Positions 45,880 through 58,610 of a DNA stretch of 64,000 nt are shown here, one piece after another; positions within the stretch are counted from its first letter, which is position 1; each line of letters starts with the position of its first letter. Location of the stretch: NCBI GenBank assembly GCA_964016885.1, contig OZ024743.1:91822001-91886000 (forward strand). Reading direction: 5' to 3'. A program made the position numbers and the translations under genes. Origin of the DNA: Eledone cirrhosa (Eukaryota). The notes under the pieces are model-generated. The model searched no databases. It had not been told where the DNA came from and saw only the letters and a list, made by a program, of their open reading frames with translations.

Positions 45880-46802
45880 TCTCTATATATATAAAACGAA
45901 AGATGTCTGTCTGTGTGTGTGTATGATTTTTTATGCATTTCCACATTTCTCTACCGATTTTGATGATTATTTTTCCAATATGCTCCAAATTTACCAACGA
46001 TGGTCAACGCGTAATAAACTTTGCCAAAAATGTCCCTGCTTCTATGAAAAAAATCGATAAAACTAAATACATGCTGTAACCCTCTCTGTTACACGCTTAA
46101 TCCCTCTCACTACTACCCTCAAAAATCGATGAAACTACATACATATTGCAGCTCTCTTTAAAAGGTTCATCCCTCCTCTACTCCCCTCTCAATCTCCTCT
46201 GCAACTCTAACAGCGACAAAACTTCGTTCAGGAACGCAACATAAACTTTGAAAACTAAGCAACACATCAATTTATACAACAACAAACATAGTCATAACGA
46301 CGCTCACCATTACATTTTACATCAAATAACAAATATTCAAAAGCAACAGATGAATTTATACAACAACAAACGTAGTCATAACGACGCTTAAGCATTTATT
46401 TACTTGAATCTCAACAAAGACATTATATTTTATTGTTGTCCTTTTTGTAATTTTTTTTCTTTGTTTTTAGCAATATGAAACAAAAAAATAATGAGAAAAT
46501 TTTTTCAGGAACGTCCGATTTCGATGATTTTTTCTAGTGTGCTCCAAATTATCGCCCCTGTTTACGCTCTTTTGTGCTATAACTCAGACGGGCTTGACTT
46601 ACAGGTTTGATCCTTTATTTGACGTGCATACTTCTTACAACTCACTTGGTACTCACTTTCCACTTATTCACTGTGCAATTGAAAATGTTCGCTACCCACC
46701 CCCACTTCCTTGCTTACCCGTATTTACTTTCTTATGTGAGTGGAATCATTAAGAGTACTTTAAAGCAATTAAACCCCCAGCAACGCCGGGCACTTCTGCT
46801 AG
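45880..46802 (+). mobile_element. Non-autonomous Helitron
   Basis: A|TCTCTATATATATAAAAC..TGTCTGTCTG 5' end; CCCAGCAACGCCGGG-CACTTCTG-CTAG|T 3' end; sits between A and T with no TSD. Confidence 0.82.
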
Positions 46803-47039
46803 TAAGCAATAAAATTATTTATATTTAATCAAAAGTTACGAAATTTAGTACATAAATTATGTAATACGCATTCATTATTTATTCAAAGTAATACAACTTA
46901 TTTTACTAACGGGGATAAAAAAAATATATTCAGGACGCAGTCCCGCACTCACCTCTTTATTATATTATGATTTGCATAAAGCTGTGATTCTTTAAAGTTC
47001 AAAAATGTACTTCTCTGAAATCTGCGCCCTAGTTGACTT

Positions 47040-47245
47040 TCACGGTAACGCCGGCCCTGGTTGAACTAAAAAAGGAGTTGTACCTGTAGTTCGAATGGCC
47101 AGCCTTGTCACAATTTGTGTCATGCTGAATCTCCCTGAGAACGCGTGTTGGTGGAGTGCTCAGCCACTTGCACATTATTTTCATGAGCAGGCTGTTCCGC
47201 TGATCAGATTAACTGGAACACTGAACTCGTAACCGACGGAGTGCT
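47040..47245 (+). mobile_element. 3' part of the second SINE family
   Basis: Similar to 29570-29745 and, inverted, to 1470-1625. Confidence 0.55.
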
Positions 47246-47522
47246 TTTCTAAGTCAACATCAGGTCTGGGCCTATTACAAGCTTTACACGGGCTACCTAC
47301 CCACCCCCACCCCGTTTTTAGTTAATGAAGCAAACTATACAGTGAAAATAGTGTCTATATAATCAATTTATTTTCTCAGCGGGTTTGCAATAATGGAGAT
47401 CTTCTCCATCACGCACATTTTCAATCGGATTAAAAATACACACGACCTTTCTATTATTTCTTATTTTTATCAGCTTTTAATTCACTTTCATCATTTATAA
47501 ACAGTTAAATTTTATCTTCCAG

Positions 47523-47621
<99 letters not shown>

Positions 47622-47667
47622 CTCCTTCTCTGTATATAATATATATGTGTGTGTGTATATGTATATA

Positions 47668-47762
<95 letters not shown>

Positions 47763-48239
47763 ATATATTTATATATAGATATAGATACAAAGATATAGAT
47801 ATATCCGGTTCAAGCAAGTAAAAGTGCTCCATATAAAAGTGCTCGTATATATATCTAGCATTGTGATGCTGATTAAACGCGACGGAGTTTACATGCACGA
47901 AATAACGTTAACACATGTTATGTTTACATAATTGTATTTATTACATTATACATATTTCAATTACATGGCGGATAGTTATAATGTAATGATTATATCAGTA
48001 ACTGGCACTGGTGTGACATCATCAGATGTTAACACAACTATGTGAAGCGGTTATGTTGGTATGTTGATATGTTGCAAGTGAAATAGTAACATCCTGGTGG
48101 AGAGCCAGCAAACCGAATCAAATTTCTCCTTAGTGTTTGTGTGTTAGAAATATCTAATTTCTGATTGGTGGAATCTGCAGACTCTAAGAAATGTTCATTA
48201 GAGTCTGCAGCACATTGAATGGTTTCGATTTAGCACCAT

Positions 48240-49430
48240 TTATCCCAATACAAATATTTGAGCATTCGTAGAGAGATATCAGGGCAACATGAAGCTGTCC
48301 ATTGATCGCATATTCCTGCAGAACCTCCTAAAGCAGGTCTCGAGAAACGCAGTCATACGCCTTTTCGATGTCTACAAAACAAGAATATACCCCTTAGCAA
48401 TACTCCTACGATTTCTCGAAGATCTACCGCAGTGCTGCATCCAGGGCGAAAACCGCACTATTCGTCAGCTAGCTTGGACACTACAATCTCTCCACATCTT
48501 TTTGCCAGGCGCTTAGCATAGACTTTACCGGGGAGGCTTAACACGGAGATCCCTCTGTAATTGGAACAATCTCATTTGTCTCCTATTTGAAAATTGGGAT
48601 TATCAATGCCGATTACCTTTTCTTGGATGCTTTTCTAGAGATCCAGACCACCCGACATACATGAGGGAGCCAGAGAATACCTTCTCTCTTTAATTTGTTT
48701 AACATCTCGGGCTGGATTTCATCTTCCCCAACGGCCTTGCCACATATGAGCTCTTCAACTGCTCTTGTGAGCGCAGCCTCTGATCTTAGTCATCGCTCTC
48801 CGATGCACCTCGTGTACATCAGAAGTTGCTGTTCTGATCGGGTTTAGGAGATTAGCAAAGTATTCTCTCCACCTCGCGAGGATACACCTCTCTAAGAGAA
48901 GAGAACCCCAGATGCCTTCCTGATAGCAGGTGTGGGGGAGAACTTATTGCGAAGTCGGCGGATGGTCTGCCAGAACACTTTCTTTGCTGATCTGAAGTCA
49001 GATTCCAGTTTAACCTCCAAATCCTCCCATGTCTTAACTGTACTGTTTCTGCTTCAATCCTTCGTTCCCGCTTGTAGCGCAAGTGCAAGAAGGGCGACTT
49101 ATTTCCAAGCCAAGTTTTGTTGGCCTCCTTTTTTTCTCGGCCGGCATTTTTGACCTCTTAATTGAATTAAGGTCTCCTCCTGACATCCTGTGCCATACCA
49201 AGCCTCTTAACAGCATTTAACAGCTGAAGCAGAAACTACAGAGCTGAACAATCTCCACTCTTTCTAAAGGTTCTCGGTTTGCTCGGAGAGTTGTCTGAAT
49301 TTGTATGCAATAGTATCTGCATACCCGATCCTGACGTCCTTATCCACCAATGCTTTCCACTTGATCATGTTGGAGATAACTAGATGGTGATCAGTTGATA
49401 GCTTAGCCCCTCTCTTAACACATACATTTT
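48240..49430 (-). mobile_element. Degraded RTE-like LINE internal fragment (end of APE to start of RT)
   Basis: Minus strand has RGAKLSTDHHLV and KAVGEDEIQPEMLNKL motifs; many disruptions. Confidence 0.65.
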
Positions 49431-49454
49431 ACATTATATATTATATACACAATT

Positions 49455-49487
<33 letters not shown>

Positions 49488-49489
49488 GC

Positions 49490-49585
<96 letters not shown>

Positions 49586-49747
49586 ATTTATGTCTGAATC
49601 CTACAAAAATTTCGCACGGGTGCCCTCTGCCTAAAAACATACAGATAAAGCCAAGCTAAAATATTTGATGAAGTAAACCAATGTATTGATATTACATAAT
49701 CTGTAAAGAATTGAAAGTACACCAGTAGTACTAAGTGACATTATTAG

Positions 49748-49852
49748 CCCCGCCGAGGTTAACTTTGCCTTTCATCCTTACGGGGTCGATAAAATAAAAT
49801 ACCAGTAATGTACTGGTAATTGCTGGCCTTGTGCCAAAAGTAGAAACAATTA
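49748..49852 (+). mobile_element. 5'-truncated SINE
   Basis: Core and tail present; ATTATTAGC on both flanks. Confidence 0.85.
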
Positions 49853-51094
49853 TTAGCGCCAATGGGAACATTAAATGAAGATCCAAATTAACACCTTAGA
49901 AAATGGTGCGGTTTTGACCTTAATCCTGTTTTCAGTTATACAATTATTGAGGTTTAAAAAGCTTGCTCATGTTTATTTGGTGTTTTAGGTGAAAAATTAA
50001 TAAATAAGGTTTCAAAATGAGAATGGGTTTAGGAAAACCTGTGATTGCATAGGGAGGAATGTGACATGGGTTCTAAGAACTACTGGACTATACATTTTTG
50101 AGGTTTCAAAAAGTGCATTCATGTTAATTTGGTACTTGGGTGAAAGATTACTAGTAAGGTCTAAACAGCACCAAAATGGGACAGAAAAATGAAGAAACCT
50201 TGGATTGTAACGGGAGGGATGTAACCTTGGTCTCTGAGAACCATTGCTCTCTAGAGAGGTAGCCCGCATACTCAAACTGAAACAGAAAATTCCGAGCTGT
50301 ATGCCTACACGAGAAAATATCTTCATTAGAGGAAGTTATTTTTTCCTTTATACTTATACAATTCCAGTAAAGCCTAAACGCTCAAAATAGTTCATACTAT
50401 TCACGGCAAGAGATCATTCTATGTTACATTGCGTAAAGTTAATTAGCTCTAATTCTCTCCCTAATTTACTCCCTGCTGTCTTGGAGAGGAAAGAAGGACT
50501 TATTGGATAATGCAATTGAATGTATGCAATGAGCAAAGTCAGTAGAGCGTAGCACAAAATACCCTGAAAATGTTCCTCCTGTTCTTTATGCTTTGATTTC
50601 AAATCCCACTGAGATCAAATGTACCTTTAACCTTTCGGAGTCAATAAAATAAAGTAGCAGTCCAAAGTTCATTGATTGGGGAAAATGCTGGAGTGTCGAA
50701 CGAGATATCATGCGGTATTTCTTCCGGTACTTTGCGTTCTGTTTTCAAATCATACGGTGACCAACTTAGATGGAAGACATAATCCGTCACCCACTTTAAC
50801 ACGACCACTGCCAGGGTATTGGAGGCCTACAGCGAACTTTACTCTTTTACAAGCACTTGGATGAGGTCTTTAGTTTAGAATATCTTTTTACCCTCTCCCC
50901 AACTGTTTCTGAGGCCCTGGTGTGTGTGTGTGGGGGGGGGGTAATCACAGTAAATAAGGTACTCAATACATGTGTAGAGTGACGATAGAGGTTTATATAG
51001 AAAAAGGCTTCTACAAGGCATTCCTGCTGATTTTATAAGAATGAAACAGTTCTAGTCTTGTAGAAGCCATTTCTATATAACCCCTCCACTCACA

Positions 51095-51192
<98 letters not shown>

Positions 51193-51307
51193 TCTATATC
51201 TATATATATATCTTCTATATATCTATCTATCATTTTATTTACCTATCAATCTTTCAATCTATCTATACGATATATCTAATGTTATATATCTATCTACCTC
51301 TATATAA

Positions 51308-51309
<2 letters not shown>

Positions 51310-51364
<55 letters not shown>

Positions 51365-51390
51365 ACTCCCCATCTCTCTTCTTTCTTCTA

Positions 51391-51432
<42 letters not shown>

Positions 51433-51462
51433 ACTCCCCATCTCTCTTCTTTCTTCTAGCTT

Positions 51463-51493
<31 letters not shown>

Positions 51494-51528
51494 AACTCCC
51501 CATCTCTCTTCTTTCTTCTAGCTTTCTA

Positions 51529-51564
<36 letters not shown>

Positions 51565-51598
51565 ACTCCCCATCTCTCTTCTTTCTTCTAGCTTTCTA

Positions 51599-51654
<56 letters not shown>

Positions 51655-51804
51655 ACTCCCCATCTCTCTTCTTTCTTCTAGCTTTCTATCTCTTTCTCTC
51701 TCTCTCTCTAACTCCCCATCTCTCTTCTTTCTTCTAGCTTTCTATCTCTTTCTCTCTCTCTCTCTCTCTCTCTAACTCCCCATCTCTCTTCTTTCTTCTA
51801 GCTT

Positions 51805-51839
<35 letters not shown>

Positions 51840-51874
51840 AACTCCCCATCTCTCTTCTTTCTTCTAGCTTTCTA

Positions 51875-51920
<46 letters not shown>

Positions 51921-51970
51921 TCTCTCTCTCTCTAACTCCCCATCTCTCTTCTTTCTTCTAGCTTTCTATT

Positions 51971-52004
<34 letters not shown>

Positions 52005-52042
52005 ACTCCCCATCTCTCTTTCTTCTTTCTTCTAGCTTTCTA

Positions 52043-52094
<52 letters not shown>

Positions 52095-52234
52095 CATCTC
52101 TCTTCTTTCTTCTAGCTTTCTATCTCTTTCTCTCTCTCTCTCTAACTCCCCATCTCTCTTCTTTCTTCTAGCTTTCTATCTCTTTCTCTCTCTCTCTCTA
52201 ACTCCCCATCTCTCTTCTTTCTTCTAGCTTTCTA

Positions 52235-52280
<46 letters not shown>

Positions 52281-52370
52281 ACTCCCCATCTCTCTTCTTT
52301 CTTCTAGCTTTCTATCTCTTTCTCTCTCTCTCTCTAACTCCCATCTCTCTTCTTTCTTCTAGCTTTCTAT

Positions 52371-52416
<46 letters not shown>

Positions 52417-52450
52417 ACTCCCCATCTCTCTTCTTTCTTCTAGCTTTCTA

Positions 52451-52532
<82 letters not shown>

Positions 52533-52622
52533 ACTCCCCATCTCTCTTCTTTCTTCTAGCTTTCTATCTCTTTCTCTCTCTCTCTCTAACTCCCCATCTC
52601 TCTTCTTTCTTCTAGCTTTCTA

Positions 52623-52668
<46 letters not shown>

Positions 52669-52762
52669 ACTCCCCATCTCTCTTCTTTCTTCTAGCTTTC
52701 TATCTCTTTCTCTCTCTCTCTCTCCTCTCTCTCTCTTACTCCCATCTCTCTTCTTTCTTCTA

Positions 52763-52814
<52 letters not shown>

Positions 52815-52860
52815 ACTCCCCATCTCTCTTCTTTCTTCTAGCTTTCTATCTCTTTCTCTC
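51310..52860. repeat. Compound satellite: ~42-bp constant unit alternating with variable (TC)n, about 21 copies
   Basis: AACTCCCCATCTCTCTTCTTTCTTCTAGCTTTCTATCTCTTT is repeated. Confidence 0.93.
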
Positions 52861-53166
52861 TTATTTCATTTGTCTTTACATCTTTCATTTTTTTTTCTTT
52901 TTTTTCCTTCCTATTTTAACTGTTTCGCTGTTTTTTATTTTATATTTTCTCTCTCTCATTCTCCGCTCTCTCTCTCCCCTCTCGCTTCCCCTCTCTGTCT
53001 CCCTCGCTCCCTCTCTCCATCTCTTTCTCACTCTTCGCTCTCTCTCCCCCTCTCCCCATATCGCTATCTCTCCCTCTCTCTACCTCTCTCCCTCTCTCCC
53101 CCTCTCTCTCTTTCCCTCTCACTCTCTCTTTTTCCTTTTCCTTTTCTCATCCCCTCCTACACTTTT

Positions 53167-53199
<33 letters not shown>

Positions 53200-53398
53200 A
53201 TGTCTTTATCTCGCTCTTTCTCTCCTTTCTTTATTTTTCTCACACACACTCACATACACACACATACAAACACACATACACACTCACACACATATGTATA
53301 CATAGGTACATACAGACATGTACAGCGTTTAGTTTCCCCACTTTTTCTCTCATCTTTAAGTTTTCTTTGTCACCGCCTCTCACCCATTTTCTCTCCCC

Positions 53399-53438
<40 letters not shown>

Positions 53439-53529
53439 ATCTCGCTTCCTCTCTCCCTCTCCATCTCTCTTCCTCTCTCCCTCTTTCTCTTCTTCATTGT
53501 TCCTCTCTATATATCTATCTATCTATATC

Positions 53530-56510
53530 AAAAATTAGTGACCTGCTTAGTCAACCTTGACAAAACCCATAGACAGGGACCCGGCTACTGGAAGCTGAAC
53601 TTGTCGTTACCGACATGCAAAGCCTACAGTAGACGGATTAGCACTTTAGTTAAGCAGCACTTGACGGGGGCCATTGTCAACAACAGATGGTGGTACTCTC
53701 TCAAGAGGGCAGTTAGATTAGACTCGATAGGTTTTAGTAAAGAATTAGTGTTAGATAGAAATAAGACCGAAAAGGAACTGGTAGATAAAGTAGAAGAGGC
53801 ACTTGGGAGTGGCAACGTAGCCAGCGTGCTAGCGACGAGAACGGCCTTGGACCAGTTCTTCGACGCAAAGCATGAAGGCTGCGTTGTCAGAAGCAAAATA
53901 CGTGCTCTGGGAAACGAGGGAGCCAAAGCTGTTAGCTGGGCCCGAGTGACGGAGGCGAAAAGTGGCAACAAGTCCACGATTCGGTCTTTGAAGGACCAAG
54001 ACGGACACGTGATACGTGAGCCGAAGCAAATGTGCGCGGCCTTTCAGCGGCACTTTGCTCAACTGTTCGGGCAGGGCGCCGCGCCGGGAGGGGCTATGGA
54101 TTTCGGTCCATACCTCGACGGCCTACCGCGACTCTCGGACAGCGAGGCGAAGTTCTGCAAAAAGCCGATTTCGGCCGCTGAGATAGGGGACGCGCTGAGC
54201 CAATGCGGCAAACGCAAATCTCCAGGTCTCGACGGTCTACCCTACGAATGTTACGTAGCAATGCCGGACTTGTTCTCCGATCTCCTGGAAGCGGTCTACT
54301 GCAACTGGCAGCAGAACGGGAGAATTCCCAGTTCTGTGACCAAGGGCGCAATCACGTTACTCAGGAAGCACGAGAACAAGGGGGATGACATAGGCAACTT
54401 CCGGCCCATAACTCTACTGAACACAGAGTTACAGATTTTGGCCAAGGTGTTGGCAAAGAGGCTGGCGCTTGTCGTCGAAAATCTGGTGGGAGAAGCGCAG
54501 ACATGCGCAATCCCGACCAGGTCCATACACGACAACCTCCACCTCATGTGATACATCATAGAGAGGGTAGGGTGTAAACCCGGCTTCGGTGGGGCCCTGA
54601 TCAACTTGGATCAGTCTAAGGCTTTCGATAAGGTTGACCATCGTTAACTGGATGCGGTGCTCGAGGCGGCAGGCTTCGGACTCGTGTTCAGGGGCTGGAT
54701 TGCTGCAATGCACAGCAGCAACATCTGCTCAAGGGTCAAGGTGAACGGCTACCTCTCGGAGCCGTTCCATATCACGCGATCCATCCGACAGGGATGCCCT
54801 CTCTCCCCCTTCTGTACGTACTGACTCTCGAGCCACTACTGCGGAAGTTGGAGCTATTGTAGGGAATCCCTTTGGGACCTGGACTGCGAAAAGCAGCGTC
54901 GGCCTACGCCGACCACGTGACAGTAGTGGCGTCGAGCACCTCGCAAATCGGGGAGATCGGCACCTTACTGGAGGAATACGAAAGGTTCACAGGAGCCAAG
55001 CTGAACCGGGACAAATCCGTCGGTCTGCAACTCGGCGAGTGGAGAGGTAAACCGATGCCTTCCGATGGCGTCGTCGGACGCTGGACGGAAGGACCGGTAA
55101 ATCTGCTCGGGGTCTGGTTTGGTCCGGACCTCCAGGTGGAGAAGAACTGGAACGAGGTGACGGCCAAGGTGTTTGCGCTCATCCAGAAGTGGGCCGAGTG
55201 CAAACAATCATTGAAAGGTCGAGCGGAGGTGGCGAACACTTTTATAGCGTCCGCCATCTACTACCGCTTGACCGTCGTGCCTTGTCCAGCCAAAACGCTC
55301 ACCAAAATGGAGCGCGCGCTCTTCCAATTCCTTTGGAAGAAACGGACTCCTTTGGTGAGAAGATCCATCTGCTGCCAACACCCTTCAAACGGAGGGCTGG
55401 GGTTGCTGTGGCTGACGATGCGCAAACACGCGCTCAGGCTGCGGCATCTCCACGTATTCCTCACCAGACAACAGGTGTGGGCCTCGTTCGTGAGGCGATC
55501 CTTCCCACGACTCGTCTCGCTGATCGAGCTGCAGTCCTGGGTCAAGCAAAGACCGAGGAAAATGGGCGACTGGCACATCGAATGTGCTCAGGCGCTCACA
55601 GTCCTCTGGCAAACGGACCCGGCGATCAGTGGAGACTCCACTTCGATATTCTATAGAGGGTTGGTCCGCAGCAAGTGCGACGACACGCTCGGAGAAACTC
55701 TAGGCGTAGAGGAGGACGAACTGGCCAGTCTCTTCGGTAGGACCTTCCGCCAGGGACCAATGGAAAACTTCTAAAAGTTCCTGGCCTAGCAGTGTTACCG
55801 AGGAGCTCTACCAGTTCGAGACAAGCTCTACAGACATGGGCGCCCGGGTAGGGACTCTTCGAAAAAGATCTGTCCGAGATTCGTGCGCGAAGAGGAAACC
55901 GTCGCGCACGCATTTGTACACTGCCCGGGCGTTACCGACCTGTGGGGCTATGTAGAACGACTATTGTCGCGGGTTGGACCAATTCAGTTGACCACCGAGT
56001 CCATTGTCATGATCAAACCGCCACCCTCCTTCAAAACCGAGGGAGAGGTGGTTTTCCTATGTGTTATGGCTATGGTGAAAGAGGTTATATGGTGGACGAG
56101 GTTAAAAGGGCTGAGGTCAGACACCTTTCTCTCCTGCGAACAACTGATTCGTTTTTTCAAATATCATTTTGGAAGAAGAATGAGGATGGAGAGAGAGGTG
56201 CTGTACCCCAGCAAATTTTATAAAAGGTGGGTGAATGTGGCAAAGATGGCCCGAGTGGTTGGGCCTTCTCTCTAGCCTGTAGGTTGAGGAAAAAGAGGAA
56301 GAGAGGAAGGGAGTTTGGTGCTCCTGGAGATGAGGGTTGTACATTTTTTCGGGGTGTGTACAACCCCTGTGTAACACCTCCCCCCTATTGGGGATATCAA
56401 TTGTTATTTGTTATTTTATTAATAGTTTTATTTTCATATACCTGTATGTAAACTCCCCATTTGTATTTGTCCCCTTCTTTTGTGCCCTTGTGGCTAATAA
56501 AGAAATTTAT
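53530..56510 (+). mobile_element. Tx1/L1-type LINE copy A, 5'-truncated, ORF2 disrupted
   Basis: GPGYWKLN, KSPGLDGLP, NFRPITLLN, LDQSKAFDKVDH, RQGCPLSP, YADH, GGLG, C..EETVAHAFVHC; AATAAA then ATCT repeats. Confidence 0.92.
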
Positions 56511-56705
56511 CTTATCTATCTATCTATCTCCTCGAGTATTGGAGATATTACGTGTTAACAATAAATGTTTGTCTGTATTCTTGCGTTATTGTGTTAATTA
56601 ACCCCCTTGCCTGGGTCTTCGGACATTAGGGTTAATTTATTTCACCCCTTTTGGGGTGAAATTTTTCATCTTAAAAATCTTGTAATTGTCTCTACGCTAG
56701 TGGTA

Positions 56706-58443
56706 ATGGAAGCCACAGGTAACGATGACACGCCCACTAAACAAACTGAAGGAGAACGCGTAGCGGAGGCAACAAGCCTCCCTACTGAAAGAATAATAAT
56801 TATTAGAAACATTGAAAAAAATGGAGCCTAACCCTAATGAAAAAAATGTGAAAAATATTGACTCGGAGAAATTGCCAACATTAATGGATGCCGTTTCGAC
56901 TTTTCACGGCGCCACACCCACCAGCAAAGGTGAAAGAGAACTAGTAGCTGTGACTACAGGTCTCTCGGATACTGAAAATATAAGTTAACAATTTGAAAAA
57001 ATGGAGTCTAACCCCAACGGGGAAAAAAATGTGAACGCATACACCAACATAAATAACACAAACACAACAAAAAATTAAAATTGTAACAACAAAAAACAAG
57101 AAAACCACATTTCGACAAATGTAAACAGAGAGGGGGCGAACAAAATGACGTTCGCGTAAAGCATAAAAAAAACTATCGTGTACGAACCTATTGACATTTC
57201 GAACTTGGCCCAACAAATGGAAAATGCACGGAAGTATATAACTTTGGAGGAGAATGGTCTATTTTCTTTAAATTCACCCCCAGAGCTAAAAAAGGAAAAT
57301 AGCTTAAAAACTATTATTTATAGGACAATATCAAACAAAACCCGTAAGCCAGTACAACTCACACAGACAGAGATTGAACTGGCGTTAAAAGATCATCTGA
57401 AAAACATTGTATACATTCGGAAGGATAGACTCTACGGTAGTCTATCCATCCGAATGAAAGATAAATTGACGGCCGAAAAACATTCCCTGGCCCCAATTGT
57501 GTCCCCCTTATTTACCTTCTTCCCCACTTATTTGGGAAGAAAAACACAAAGATTGACCATACACAATATCGATCCAGATATTGATTTCTGGGCGGTTCTG
57601 TGTGGCCTCCTCGACTTGAAAGAGGATGCAGTAATTTCGGTAGGTAAGTCTTCCAGCAACGTGTTCGGTGGAACTAGCCTGCAAGTTCTGGTGCAAATGC
57701 AGCCAGAACGAATTGCTAGGATCCCCGACCGCATATTGCTGGATGGGCTTGCCTACTTACACATCACAGTGGAGGGTAGACGACCCGCTTGTTACCTCTG
57801 TGGTGGCAGAGGTCACCTGAGGGCTGCTTGTTCCCAAGCAAACAAAAAAACACCGATTTTGCCCACACCAACAACTACACCACTAACAACACAACCTCCA
57901 CCACCACCACAAAAACAACTAACACGACAAGTTAAAACACAACTGAAAACAATCCCCCCCCCCACACACACACACAGAAAACAAATACAATAACACCCAC
58001 ACCACAAACATGAGCCGAAAATGAACCCCTCCCCTCGAATACAGAAGACGACCCCCTTTCGTCGTCAGACGAGGGGGGGGGGGGGGACACACACTTTCAT
58101 AAAGTTAAAAGAAAAAAAAGAAAACACACCACAGGAACACAAATACAAACAACCCCTCCCCAAGACATAACACAGACATCAACACACAAAAACATACAAC
58201 AAAAAACATCACACAAAAAGAAAAATTTGCATATACTTACATAAATACAATAAACAAAAAACTGTTAAACATTATTTATAATAACAACTTAATAAAAACC
58301 GAAGGTTCGAATTTCGCACAAGCAACGGGGCTTCCCCATCTAAAAATGATAAAAGCCCCAATGGACATTTACAAAACGTTAAAAGACACTTTTAAAGAAG
58401 ACGTGGGGTCCTCCTGCGTCAGACCCATTAACCGTGTTTCCTA
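56706..58443 (+). pseudogene. LINE ORF1 (gag-like CCHC knuckle), frameshifted
   Basis: VEGRRPACYLCGGRGHLRAAC in ORF 57178-57993; boundaries approximate. Confidence 0.8.
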
Positions 58444-58610
58444 AAAAATCCTCCCCCCAGACACCCACACAACTCCAAACACCCAACCCTACCACACACT
58501 GATGCCCCTACACTTCCACAAACCACCACCCCACCCAACAACCCATCCCCCATTGTGCGGCCGGTCCCCGGGACGCAGAGAGGTAAGTGCCTTTTCTCTT
58601 TACCACCAAC

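Noticed and set aside
50010-50600. Possible host exon
   Set aside because: No recognisable domain or clean frame; small exons cannot be excluded anywhere in the window.
50988-51086. ~31-bp-arm hairpin as a ribozyme or miRNA
   Set aside because: The hairpin is real but has no intact core or other supporting evidence.
51310-52860. CRISPR-like repeat/spacer layout
   Set aside because: The spacers are only (TC)n, there are no cas genes, and the context is eukaryotic.
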